Of a DNA stretch of 64,000 bases, positions 20,391 through 36,722 are shown one piece after another. The position numbers and the translations under genes were made by a program. The stretch is from the human T2T-CHM13v2.0 reference genome, Homo sapiens, in the NCBI RefSeq assembly GCF_009914755.1, contig NC_060942.1; one strand, 5' to 3'. The notes under the pieces are model-generated. The model did not search any database, had not been told where the DNA came from, and saw only the letters and a list, made by a program, of their open reading frames with translations. How positions within the stretch are numbered: position 1 is the first letter of the stretch; each line of letters starts with the position of its first letter.

Positions 20391-22503
20391 AAAACAATGA
20401 AGTTTGCTGCATCAACTGCATTTTCCTTTCATGAAAAATTTCTCTGTACCATGCAGTGGTGTTTGACAGCATGTTACCCACAGTAGAATTACTTTCAAAA
20501 TCTGAGTCAATCTTCTCAAACCCTGCCGCTGCTTTATCAACTAAGTATGCACTACTGTAAATCTTTGATCACTTCAACAATGTTCACAGCATCTTCGCTG
20601 GTAGATTTCCTCTTAAAAAACCACATTGCTCATTCACAAGAACCAATGCCTCAGCAATTTACGTTTTCTCATGAGACTGCAGTAATTCAGTCACATCCTC
20701 AGGCTCCATGTCTAATTCTAGTTCACTTGCTAGTTCCACCCCATCTGCAGTTACTTCCTCTACTGAAGTCTTGGAATGAACTTCTTCCAAACTCCTGTTC
20801 ATGTTGCATTTTGACCTCCTTCCATGAATCACCAATGTTTTTAATGGCATCTAGAATGGTGAATCCTTTCCTGAGGGTTTTCAATGTGCTTTGCCCAGAT
20901 CCATCAGAGGAACCACTGCCTGTGACAGCTAAAGCCTTATGAAGTGTATTTCTTAAGTAAAAGTAAAACTTACTCCTTGATCCATGGGCTACAGAATGGA
21001 TGTTGTGTTAGCAGGCATGAAAACAACAACAGTCTCCTTGTACAACTCCATCAGACCTCTTGGGTGACCAGGTGCATTGTCAATGAGCAGTAATATTTTG
21101 AAAGAAATCTTTTTTTCCGAGCAGTAGGTCTCAACAGTAGGCTTAAAACGTTCAGTAAACCTTGCTGTAAACAAATCTGCTGTCATCTGCCGAGGCTTTG
21201 TTAGTCATTGGCAGGGTATAGGTAGATTTAGCTTCAGATTCAAGGGCCTTAGGATTTTCCGAATGGTAAATGAGCACTGGCTTCAACGTAAGGTCACCAG
21301 CTACATTAGTCCCTAACAAGAGCGTCAGCCTTCGAAGCCTGGAAGCCAGGCATTGACTGTTCTCTAGCTATGAAAGTCCTACATGGCATCTTCTGTTTCA
21401 TCTGCATTGCAAAAGTGTAGTGTAGCCACCTTTTTCAAGATCATAGCTAGATCTTCTGGAGAACTTGCTGCAGCTTCTACATCAGCACTTGCTGCCTTAC
21501 CTTGCACTTTATGTTATGGAGATGGCTTCTTTCCTTAAACTTCATGAACCAACCTCTGCAAGCTTTCAAATTTTCTTCTGCAGCCTCCTTACCTCTCTCA
21601 GCCTTCAAAGAATTGAAATGAGTTAAGGCCTTGCTATGGATTAGGTTTGGCTTAAGGAAATGTGGCTGGTTTGATCTTTATCCAGACCACTCAAACATTC
21701 TCCATATCAGGAAATAAGGCTGTTTTGCTTTCTTTTTTTTTTTTTAAAGAAATGGAGTCTCTCTCTGTCACCCAGAACAGAATCCAGTGGTGTGATCATA
21801 GCTCACTGCAGCCTCAAACTCCTGGGCTCTAGCGATCCTCCTGCATCAGCCTCCTGAGGAGCTAGGACTACAGGCATGCACCACACACAGCTTGCTTTCT
21901 TATCATTAGTGTTCAATGGAGTAACACTTGTAATTTCCTTCAATAACTTTTTCTTTGCATTCACAGCTTGGCTGTTTGGTGCAAGAGGCCTAGCTTTGGG
22001 CCTATCTCAGCTTTTGAATGCCTGCTTCACTAAGCATAATCATTTCTAGCTTTTGATTTAAAGCGAGAGACTTTCGACTTTTTCTTTCACTTAACACTTA
22101 GAAGCCACTGTACTGTAGGGCTTTTGGCCTCATTTCAATATTGTATCTCAGGGAACGGGGAGCCTGAGGAGAGGGGAAGAGAGACGGGGGAACAGTCAGA
22201 ACACACACAACATTTATCAATTAAGTTTGCCATCTTATATGGGCACAGGTCATGGCTCCCCAAAACAATTACAACAGTAACATCAAAGATCACAGATCAC
22301 CATAAAAGAGAGAGTAATAATGAAAAAGCTTGAAATGTTGGGAGAGCTACCAAAATGTGATGCAGACACACAAAGTGCGCACAAGCTGTTGGAAAAATGC
22401 TGCCGACTGACTTGCCTGCTGCAGGGCTGCCACAAACTGTAAAAATGCAGCGCACCTGTGAAGCGCCACGAAGCCACACATGATGGGGTGGGACACGTCT
22501 GTG
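20391..22503 (-). mobile_element. Tigger1 (TcMar-Tigger) DNA transposon, degenerate and lacking its 3' end; Alu monomer inserted at ~21725-21895
   Basis: Transposase remnant [29 protein letters not shown] (20989-21186, -); Tigger1 5' region and a decayed TIR at 22100-22503. Confidence 0.9.
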
Positions 22504-22965
22504 CATGGCTGGGGAAACAGTCACCCTTGTGGGTGTACAGCTCTTCAGATGTTTTGCATTAGAATGCAGGCATAAAGTCCCTTACGTATTTTTAATTTCC
22601 AAGCAACAATAATTTAAAAATCAGTTGGAGAGTGTCAGCAGGTGCTTCTAGGTTCTGTGTGGTGAGCCCCCAGGTCCTGGCGTGTAGGGCTCTGGATGTC
22701 TCTGTACACGGGATAGAAACATGGTCACGTGGGAATGCCAATATGACTTATTGCTTATTGAGCTGTGCAGGCTTTTCTGCTTTATCAATTACGCCTCCAG
22801 GAAGCTGTGAAAGAAAGCTTCATCCATCTCCCACAGGATTTGTCTCCATATTTGTGACACATAATAAAATGTTATGTACTCTTTATGTAATTTTACTCTC
22901 CTACTCATGGCTGCTTATCACTTGTGACAACATGTTAATTTTTCCAGTGCGGTCCTTGTAGACTG

Positions 22966-23352
22966 TTTTTCTTTTTCTTTTTTTTTTTTTTTGAGGCGGA
23001 GTCTTGCTCTGTCACCCAGGCTGGAGTACAGTGGCACAATCTCAGCTCACTGCAATCTCCACCTGCCGGGTTCAAGCGATTCTTGTGCCTTGCCTCCCCA
23101 GTAGCTGGGATTACAGGAGCACACCACCACGCCTGGCTAATTTCTGTATTTTTAGTAGAGATGGGGTTTCACTATGTTGGCTACCATGTACAAAAATACA
23201 AAAATTAGCTGGGCATGGTGGCGGGCACTTGTAATCCCAGCTACTTGGGAGGCTGAGGCACGAGAATCGCTTGAACTCCTGACCTCAGGTGATCCGTCTG
23301 CCTCAGCCTCCCAAAGTGCTGGGATTACAGGCGTGAACCACCATGCCCGGCC
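22966..23352 (-). mobile_element. Alu with an internal 88-bp fold-back inverted duplication
   Basis: TSD tagactgt(t/a)tttctt on both sides; a sense-orientation Alu segment at 23189-23276 sits inside the antisense Alu. Confidence 0.9.
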
Positions 23353-23479
23353 TAGACTGTATTTCTTCAAAGATCACAGGCTGCTTATAAAAGTACCCTG
23401 CCTTCCCAATTGAGGTGATTTCTGACAGCTAATTACCAAAAGACATCACCGTCTTACGATAGCAACTCAACACAGAAAG

Positions 23480-26400
23480 TCTGATGGAAAGCCATTTTAT
23501 TTTTCTCTAAATTTTAAAATAGAAGACTTTAATGGAAAACATTTAGTACCATCATGTCACCCTGAATGCCAGCAATACCTCGACTTTTACACACGCAGGA
23601 AGCCTAGTAAAAGCCCCGTCAGTAGTACACATTTCTCTATGGTCCTTCAACAGTTTTGCATATACAAAATTTTCTGCTATTTTGCTTTAGCAAACAGCAA
23701 TAACTTTTGTGTTTCCTATATGACACCTAATATCCAGTCCTACAGTAATATAGTTAGAAAAATAAAAGGCTTAAAAATTTCATAGTACGAGTTCATGGTG
23801 CTAATAACAGAATCTCTTTAAACATAAGATCATTTTAAGCCTCTTACATAACCACCTTCTGGTTTCATTTGAAATCCTTAAGAATTAAAATCTAGTAAGA
23901 TTGTTAAATCAACGTACGTCAATCATTCATTTTCACTTGCCTTGGGAGAGTTAATTCCCACTGTCCACTGAATGAATGCCTTTCAAATATTAATAAATAT
24001 ATTACAGTATTTACAAGCATTCTTATACACTCCGACACTGACAGGGAGTTAAGCCATGGAGAGGGAAGCACAGGTTTCCCAATAGTGTGACTTCATGACG
24101 TATGGGACAAAAGGAACCGGTGCTCAGGCCTGGAGGGAGCTGAGATGAGAGCAGGGATGATGGTTCAGATACGCACACATGCTCTAAGACACATCAGACT
24201 CTAGCTGAGACCAGCCAGACATTTCTTTTGTTGTTGGATTAGAAGTAAAAGCTGAACAAGAAACCAGGACAAGGAAGGAAGAACTGGAAGCTATGCCTAA
24301 AGTCAGACCAGGCTAAGGATTTTAAAACCAAGCTCCACAAGCTCTTAGTGAATTACCCTGTGGAAACTATGTAGCTGACGTGAAGTGTGGAGGGGGGTGG
24401 TAGAAAGGGGGGTTAAATGTAAGACTTTGTTTTGGCAACAAAAAATGATAGTAATTTGATTTCTACAACTTTAACTGTGCCATGTGCCCTTTCTTACCCC
24501 ACTTTCTGCAGATTGTTTCATATGAACGTACCCTCCACGTGACCTCTTTAATGCACTTGGCAAACTCCGTTAATGCTGTTGAAGAATGTATGTTCTGTGC
24601 TGTGGTAAGAGGTGATCGTAATGCCCAAATCATCCAATACACTATCATAAAGTGAAGTGAAAGACATGTACTAGATGTTTGCTTTGTGAATGTGAATGAA
24701 AGTCTTATTTTGGGGGTGTAGTTTCTTATGTTTTAATAAAAACAGTAGTCATTATTTTAAAAAGCACATTCTCCTAGGTGCATATTTATATACATATACA
24801 AATACCATTTCCTTCCCCCTTGTGCCCTTCTGGGTAGTCATTTTAAAAACTCAAGCCTGGGGTCATCAAAAGGGGTAGATTTATACTCCCACCTAACTGT
24901 CTGGAGTATAGAGTTCAGATAGTCTCTTAGGAAGTTTTATAAATGAGATTCACCCAGTACAATTCTGAAAGCTCTTAAACAGGAGTCTTTAAAATAATGT
25001 AAACACTTAAGTAATCAATAAGGGTTCTCTGGTGGCCCACTTTTACATGCAAATACAGACCAACTGTTAACATGCATTATTTTAGTCAACTGGTAAAGTT
25101 TATTTCATAAGTATAAGTAATTTTAAGCCTTTTACTAAACTGTAAATTTCAATCCATTAAAAACTACTACCGGAGCAGTTTTGAGGTATTACTGTTAATT
25201 TAGTATAGAAATGTTACTGTATTTTGATGTGGTATGAAATGCAGCCGCCATGCCTTTCATGAAACGGTGCTATCGTGGTGCTGACTACAGACATGTCCTA
25301 TGGCTTTCAGGAAATTATTGTGCATGTGCATTAACAGATTTTCCAAACATTAATGACAATTTGATTGGTTAGTCATTTGTAAGCATACCAAAATAATAAA
25401 GTATAGCCCACGTATGAGCCAAACACACTGAGACATTTGAGGCATACAATGCTACCCTCCAGTCTACTTTCGTCAGAAACCAAACCTACTCACTCAAATC
25501 ATTTACAAGGAAAACTAGTGCAGAAAGCACCCCAAAAATGTTGCCTGTCAGCAGGTTAATTTTCTTCTAACTTTAAAAGAAGTAGATATTTTTTCTTTTA
25601 AAATTCATTTATAAAAATAAATTTTAGTTTGAGACCCTAGGTACCAAATTGTGGCTTAATTTACTCAAGATGGATGTACTACAAAGTTATGAAAAATGTA
25701 GCTGAAAACCCATGAGCTCCAGCTCATTTCTGCAGCGTGGCCAACAGCTGCCACTGTACACTGTCACAACCCTTCTCATAGGTAACCAAAATACGCTCAA
25801 CGTCTTGACAAACTTTTAGCCTTCCTTTGTCCTGAAACTCCCACACAACTTTAATTCTTAGACCTCCATTATAAAACTATTAGTAACCATAATACATTCA
25901 AGATAGAGAATGAAGACCTGTCATCCACTCAGGAGACACTGAACCAGGGCACTGGGACAACACGGCCACTCAGGGGAAATAGTCACCCTTGTGGGTGTAC
26001 AGCTCTTCAGATGTTTTGCACTAGAATGCAGGCAAAAAGTCCCTTATGTAATTTTTATCTCCAAGCAACAACATTTAAAAATCAGTTGAAGAGTGTCAGC
26101 AGGTGCTTCTAGGTTCTGTGCTGTGAGCCCCCAGGTCGTGGAGTGTAGGGCTCTGGATCTCTCTGTACACGGGATAGAAACACAGTCACGTGGAAATGCC
26201 AATATGACTTACTGCTTAGGGCTGTGCTGACATCGGCATCTCTGTTAGACTGATTCTCGTAGGAGAAGCTTTTTTTTTTTGCCTTAGTCAGGAGATTATT
26301 CGAGGAACAGTAAAGAACTGAACTAAGGAAGTAGCTACTGGCTTCCAAAGCCACACACACACAAAAGTAAGTTTCAAACTGTTGTCCTCTCTCAGTGCAA

Positions 26401-26605
26401 ACGAGCAATTGGCGGACCTGTCACGTTTCATCAATCGATACGAACACAGCATTCAGTCTGTGGAACAATGTGATGCGGCAAAAATCTGATCTAATGCAAA
26501 TTCAAGCCCATTAAATAAAACCACAGAAAGGAGAGCCAGCCCGGCTCAGTGTCCTCGCGCACGGACGCTGACTCGTAGCACAAAAGCAGCTGAAAGGCAC
26601 GAGGC
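23480..26605 (-). other. SPIRE1: SPIRE1 3'UTR (~3.1 kb)
   Basis: Transposon-free AT-rich sequence between the TGA (26606-26608) and a minus-strand AATAAA at 23496-23501. Confidence 0.8.
23496..23501 (-). promoter_or_regulatory. SPIRE1 poly(A) signal AATAAA
   Basis: TTTATT on +; the minus-strand downstream sequence is GT-rich (ctttctgtgttgagttg). Confidence 0.75.
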
Positions 26606-26864
26606 TCAGATCTCACTGATCGTCCTCTCTGAAGGGCAGTACTCCGAGGGGCCTGGCGAGGACATGTAGAAAGACTGCGTTTTCCTTTTCAATCGGGCCC
26701 TTTTGTTGGCCAACACCAGACTGCGCCGGCTTGAACTGATGATTTCCGAAATGAACTTCTTGCAGTCCACACACACCTCCATGGTGCTCCAGTCCTCCAT
26801 CAACTCTTTGGGAAACTGGAGTTCTTCATCTGATTTGTCCATAGACTTAGATTTTGAGGAGAAC
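26606..26864 (-). CDS. SPIRE1: SPIRE1 last coding exon: (R)[42 protein letters not shown]...[10 protein letters not shown]
   Basis: Acceptor ttttcaccccag; 259 nt (1+86 codons); final CxxC of the modified FYVE domain and the basic C-terminus of Spire-1. Confidence 0.97.
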
Positions 26865-27059
26865 CTGGGGTGAAAACAAAACAGAAGCCCAGCATTGTTA
26901 CTTATAGGTCTGCTGCAATATTAAGAAAATATGTATAAAAAAAAGTAAATTTGTTGTCAAAACATCATGGAATGGATGAGTGATTTAATCATATGTCCTT
27001 CTAAAAAATTTCTTATTGGTGACAAGGCTAAAAAATATTACTTAGAAAAGAAAGTAGGA

Positions 27060-27360
<301 letters not shown>

Positions 27361-27384
27361 AACATGTCTTATTAAGACAGGCAC

Positions 27385-28051
27385 TGCCCAGACTATCGAA
27401 CAATACAGTCAGGATGGCTAAAGGTGACCCCAAGAAACCAAAGGGCAAGATGTCTGCTTATGCCTTTTTGTGCAGACGTGCAGAGAAGAACATAAGAAGA
27501 AGAGCCCAGCGGTCTCTGTCAATTTTGCAGAATTTTCCAAGAAGTGCTCTGAGAGGTGGAAGACAATGTCTGGGAAAGAGAAGTCTAAATTTGATGAAAT
27601 GGCAAAGGTGGATAAAGTACACTACCACTGGGAAATGAAGGATTATGGACCAGCTAAGGGAGGCAAGAAGAAGGATCCTAATGCCCCGAAAAAGCCACCG
27701 TCTGGATTCTTCCTGCTCTGTTCAGAATTCCACCCCAAGATCAAATTCATAAACCCTGGCATCTCTATTGGAGACATGGCAAAAAAGCTGGGTGAGATGC
27801 GGAATAACTTAAATGACAGTGAAAAGCAGCCTTACACCACTAAGGCGGCAAAGCTGAAGGAAAAGTATGAGAAGGATGTTTCTGACTATAAGTTGAAAGG
27901 AAAGTTTGATGGAGAAAAGGGTCCTGCTAAAGTTGCCCAGAAAAAGGTGGAAGAGGAAGATGAAGATGAACAAGATGAAAAGGAAGAAGGAGGGGAGGAG
28001 GAGGAGGAGGAGGAGGATGAATAAGAGACTGTCCATTTGAAAAAAAAAAAA
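27385..28051 (+). pseudogene. Processed HMGB3 pseudogene, antisense within the last SPIRE1 intron
   Basis: Intronless [18 protein letters not shown]... from ATG 27414; 1-nt frameshift at ~27465; two HMG boxes with HMGB3-type [10 protein letters not shown] and an acidic tail; TAA 28022-28024; poly(A) 28040-28051. Confidence 0.95.
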
Positions 28052-29221
28052 GAAATAATACTAAAAACTCTTAACCACCCTTCTAGAATTCTTGAAAAAT
28101 AGGGTATTCATCTGATTCCCAATGAACATTAGCTAACTGTAGATGGCAGGTCAGACTACGGGAAATTCAAGTAAATTTATCTTAATCCCATGACACATCC
28201 TAAAAACTAAATTTTGACTAGTTTTCTCATCATTTATGTATTTATCAAACAAGCTTCTCCCTCCCCAACAATTCCCTGTATTTGTGCGATTATTTATTGG
28301 GATTCCAAGGAGCTGGAGATAACCAGACCAACATCATAGTAAATATTTCCAGGAATGTCTGAGATAACCAGGAATCATCTACTTATTTACTATTTTAACT
28401 AAACCAAACAGGATATAAATGGGTAGTCTATAGTATGTTCAGAGTTAAGTATGGAAAACTGTAGCAGCTGTTATGTGCACTGCCTTGAGCTCACTGAAAA
28501 TTCACACCCAGAGGTCTCAGAGGAGGCAGCCCAAGCACAGAGGCAGACGTTTCAGGCACAAGGTTCATGCTGGGCTCACAGCTTCCTCGCCTCGCTGTCC
28601 ACAGAGCCAGGACATGTGGTTGGTAGATCAAAGCCCAGCCTCTCGGCCCTGCCAGCTTGAGGCTTGAGCTGGCCTACCTCCTTCCATCTTTCTTAAGGCC
28701 CAACACTAAACTTACCCTGCACTAAATGCAAAGGGACTGATACTGAGGTGATGTTTTTTCTTTTAAATTATTAGCTCTTGGCATAAAGCTTTATTTCTGC
28801 CTTTACAATAATAGTAAAGTCAGTCAAAGCTATGGCAGAACATTGTAAACAGGATTAAACAGATTCCTTTCAAAACTAGACAAGGAGGAAAGGATGAGAC
28901 TGTTACATTCCAATTTTCAACTCCATTGAAAACAAGGTCAGTTTTAAAGATGACTCTTACAGGACACAGTAAAACAGTTATTTCTAAAGTAGAAAAAAAT
29001 ATAAACTCTGTGATGAAAGTATCTTTCAAGTAGCTAGCCATTATTCCTTGAAAAGTTACCTTTGGGGAAGTTTTGGAGATTTGTGTGTAAAACTGTATTA
29101 AAACCAACCAACAAACCAATAAAAACCCCTCGAGCCAAAACCCTAACACTCTACCACAGTCCTCAAGAGTAGAACTCTTCTTCTGCAAAGGATGGTTTGA
29201 CAACCCAGGCCCCTTGCTCAC

Positions 29222-29358
29222 CTGGCAATGCTCCGAAGTGGCCGATGATGGGCAGTGGAGGGTTTTTCTGACCTCATACTACTTTCCCCTCTTTGCAGAG
29301 CAGAAGGTCCCAATGAAAAGATAGGAAGAGTGGAGTATGGTTTGGAGGGCAGCCGCAT
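29222..29358 (-). CDS. SPIRE1: SPIRE1 exon: [45 protein letters not shown](R)
   Basis: Acceptor gataatag and donor AG|gtgagc; 137 nt; phases match both neighbours. Confidence 0.95.
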
Positions 29359-29451
29359 CTATTATCCCAAATAAAACTGGCAATGAGCAGTACCGTTAAA
29401 GAGGCAGTCACTAAAAGGAACACAAGTATAAATGAACCAAGCTTAGCTTAC

Positions 29452-29479
29452 CTTTTTGCAACACTGTGAGCACACCGGC
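29452..29479 (-). CDS. SPIRE1: SPIRE1 28-nt exon: (R)PVCSQCCKK (FYVE cysteines)
   Basis: Acceptor tttgtttacag and donor AAG|gtaagc; in frame with neighbours. Confidence 0.95.
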
Positions 29480-30034
29480 CTGTAAACAAAATCATAAATG
29501 TTATTTGGCATGATACCAGGGGACGCAACTGGGAGTTAGAGAAGCCTATGGCAGTACAGTTGTAAGTTTCCACAATAAACTGCATAACTCTCCCTTCTTC
29601 TATTAGAATGTAACAAATTGACACACTGAATTGCCAAAAAGATAATCTACAGAACTTAACTCTTACACTGTCTCCTATAAAAGGATCAACTTACATGTGT
29701 TTGGAATTTTCTTATTTGTCTATCCAGGGATCACATGATAATCACATCTTATTTTTTTTCTGTTCAAACATGACATATTATTAGAATGATCTTAGTTATG
29801 TAAAAGAAGTAACATACAGAGAAACATTTTCTAGGTTCAATATCAAATAAATATTTGGCTCACTCTCTTAAGAAATCAATATTCCTAACCTACAAGGATA
29901 GCACAAGGTAACGTAACAGAGTGAGTCATTTCTAATTTTATTCCTGTTTAGAAAGATGGTGAAATAAGGAAGGTAATTGGTATTTCTCTTACGACTGTTA
30001 AATTTATCTTTTCATCAATTACAAAATACCTTAC

Positions 30035-30105
30035 CTCTTACAGAACTGACAGGTATAAGACCAAGTGAAGAAGGAAAACCTCCTGGTTCGGCAACAAAAG
30101 CAGAG
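30035..30105 (-). CDS. SPIRE1: SPIRE1 exon: LCFCCRTRRFSFFTWSYTCQFCK(R) (modified FYVE start)
   Basis: Acceptor ttttttag and donor AG|gtaagg; 71 nt; two CxxC pairs. Confidence 0.96.
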
Positions 30106-30400
30106 CTAAAAAATACAAATTTAAGAGGAAAAAAAACATTGCCAACAGCAAATTTCCTAATATCCATGTTTGAATATGCTTTACATCTATATATAGGGGA
30201 AGCTGAACAGACAAGAGGAGGAAGACAATTCAGAAATCCTGTTTATAACAGCTGGCTCTGTGATGCTGATAATGTAGCTCTGTATTTAATTATAATTCTA
30301 TTTTAAAAGGTAATAAAAGGCCACAGCTCTTAAGTGTCTCCTCATCATGGAAGGAATCTGCAGAAGGTTCTGAAAAACCCTCCTCTGTTTCTCAGATACA

Positions 30401-32243
<1,843 letters not shown>

Positions 32244-33809
32244 TAGCCAAAAGAAGATGGTTAGTAATTTTTACTGACAAGCATTATTTAGTGATCAGTT
32301 ACATCAGCACACCTTTACAAATCCTAATGGTACGAGTGGAACTGGAACACGAAACTACTGGAGCATTTATATCCAAAAGGCAGTCTCTCCAGGCTGCCCC
32401 ACAGTTCTCTAGATTTGTTGTTACTTTCAACAAATGCTAAATGTATAGTCAGCAATGGAAAGACTAGAGAAATGTAAAAGATTTCATAATAAATATTTAT
32501 GTTGGCTGTCTTGTGTTAATGGTTTCCCTACAAGCAGCTGCGGAAGATGTTGATGTAACTGATCTCATTGAATAAGAGCCTCACACCCATCCGCTCCCCA
32601 TCCGGCCCCGCACTTGATTGGTGGATCTCAGAGAAAGACAGAACAGTCTTGTGCATTCGGACCCTGCCAGGCTGCAAGGGGCCATTGTGGTGCAGTGACA
32701 CTGAAACTGAATGTTCTCAGCACAAACACATTATAATTCACTCCCACACACACACAACAGCATCGCTCACAGGCACTCAGGAATCCAACACGCCAGTGAG
32801 AAAGCACATGACTATGAATGCAGTCAGTTTATGGAGTTTTAACAATCAGTTCTGTCTTTCAATCAGAGAAAAACAAAAATCAATCTAGGTTGCAAACTTG
32901 TCAAACATTAGCATTTTACTTAAAAAAGTAGTCTGAAGAACTACTGCTTCTTACTAAAAATCAATGCAAAACCATCTCTGTTCAAGCTAACTTAAGGAAG
33001 ATTACATTTGCTTAAAAATGCTTTGGGAAAAATCCTGCATTTGAATTTTTAACATGAGAAGCTTATTAGTATAAGAGGACAGGGGGATGAGTTTACTCAG
33101 AAAGATTATATCATTTGCTCTAAAATGCCTAAAATACGCATTTAAAAAATTAACGATCACAGTTTTCTCTTTCAACAGGAACTACTTTCAGAGATGACAG
33201 AATTAAATCAGCGTGCCTGATACCTACTCTGTTTTGCTCCATCCTCAGAAAAAGAGTAGTGTTAGGTGGGAACAATAAACGGCCTTTTTGAGGGTTAGGC
33301 CATTAAAACTGTGCACTAAGTAAGTAGTGTTGGCTGAATACATCCGAATGATGGCATTTCTCAGCTTTTAATGTATTTCAGAAGTTTTGCTCTTATTTTT
33401 ATTCATCAGTGATGAGTATAAGTAGGGTATGCCTTCTGATGGCTAACGATATGACAAAATGGCTATGCTGCAACAAAATAATGTGGGAATCTAGCACATA
33501 ACCAGGGAAACACTACTAGATTTATTACGTAGCAAATAACCAGATAGCCAGATTTGTTATTGTTTGTGCTAGCAAGACAGCAGATGGTACCAACTTAACT
33601 GACTTTATGATGTGGATAACTGGGCTGTAAACCCTTCAGGCAGATGGTGATTTTTTTCATTTGTAGGGATACGCTAGCATGGCACAACAGACCTGGCAGC
33701 TTGCACCTCCCTGTCTTCAGTCTTGAGTCACAAATGGGCTTAGTAAAGCATATTTTCAACTCACTGCTTTGACCCACATGAAAATCCAGTACTTCATGGG
33801 ATATAATCA

Positions 33810-35631
<1,822 letters not shown>

Positions 35632-36722
35632 CTAAAGTGGTATATGGCCTTAGTGTTCAGATATCTCTGTTTGGGGAGAATTGATAATCAAATGCCAGCA
35701 GGTCTTCAGTAGAGGCAGGAGTGACAGGAGTTAAAAAGCCACCGTGGCACCTGACCACGTGCTGCCCAAGAGCACATCTAAAACGGGAAAAAGGACAGAG
35801 GTTTTTCCTGCATTTCATGACAAAGATCAGAGAAAGGAATGTTTTGTGTCTTATTTACATTGAGTCTCCTTTCCATATCAAGATGACTAAGAAAGAGTAA
35901 CAAAGAAACCAGCTGCGGGGTCATCTGTCAAGGACAAGGTTAGTAAATCCAAGGCTTTAGAGAGCCAGGCCCTGCCTACTGTAGCACAAAGGCTGCTCTG
36001 AGCACCTGCTACGTGGTGGCAGAAGAGGCTTCAATATGGTCGTAGAGCTTTTTATTTCACGTAGAATTGTGAAGGTTCAAATAATGATATATTATTCTGT
36101 GTTAAAAAACCTCAAAAAACAGTAATATAATGCAGAATTATTTAAAATAGCCACATCATTAAAAAGGAAACTTGAAATTTCTCTTTGCAGAGAAGTGACG
36201 TACACACCCTGGTTGTCATAACACAGCTTCATGACAGGTGATGGGAGCACACAGGTTTCCTGAGCCCATGCCCTGGTTGTGCAGGTGTCTGTGGGTGGGC
36301 GGAGTCCACCATGGCTACCTGGCCTGGCAGGAGGATGCTCTGCTCACGGAATGAGTGAGCAAATACTCTTCTGATGGTGGGGGGAGGCCCTAGGAGGAAT
36401 GCACCCCACGGGCTCAGAGTGCCTGCTGCACATGGAGAAAGGTGGCAGCACTGACTCTGCTATACAATTAGGTCACCCGAGGAGACAAACACCCACAGGT
36501 CCCCTTCATCAGATGCTGCATTTTGAGTTTGTTGTCCTTTCCCAGTTATTTCCCTCAACTGAGACCACGGCATGATCGGTGCATCCTGCACAAGGGTGGA
36601 ATCAATGATTGGAAGCAAAGTGCTATCTAAGCGGTTAATTCTCAGAGAACGCAACAGTTGAGGTGTCACCGTCAGAGATACAGAGAATGAAATAATCCCA
36701 GACCCAGCAGAAAGAGGCCAAC

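Noticed and set aside
20547-21186. Transposase-like ORF fragments as an active or domesticated gene
   Set aside because: The Tigger1 copy is fragmented by stops and frameshifts, interrupted by an Alu and lacks one end.
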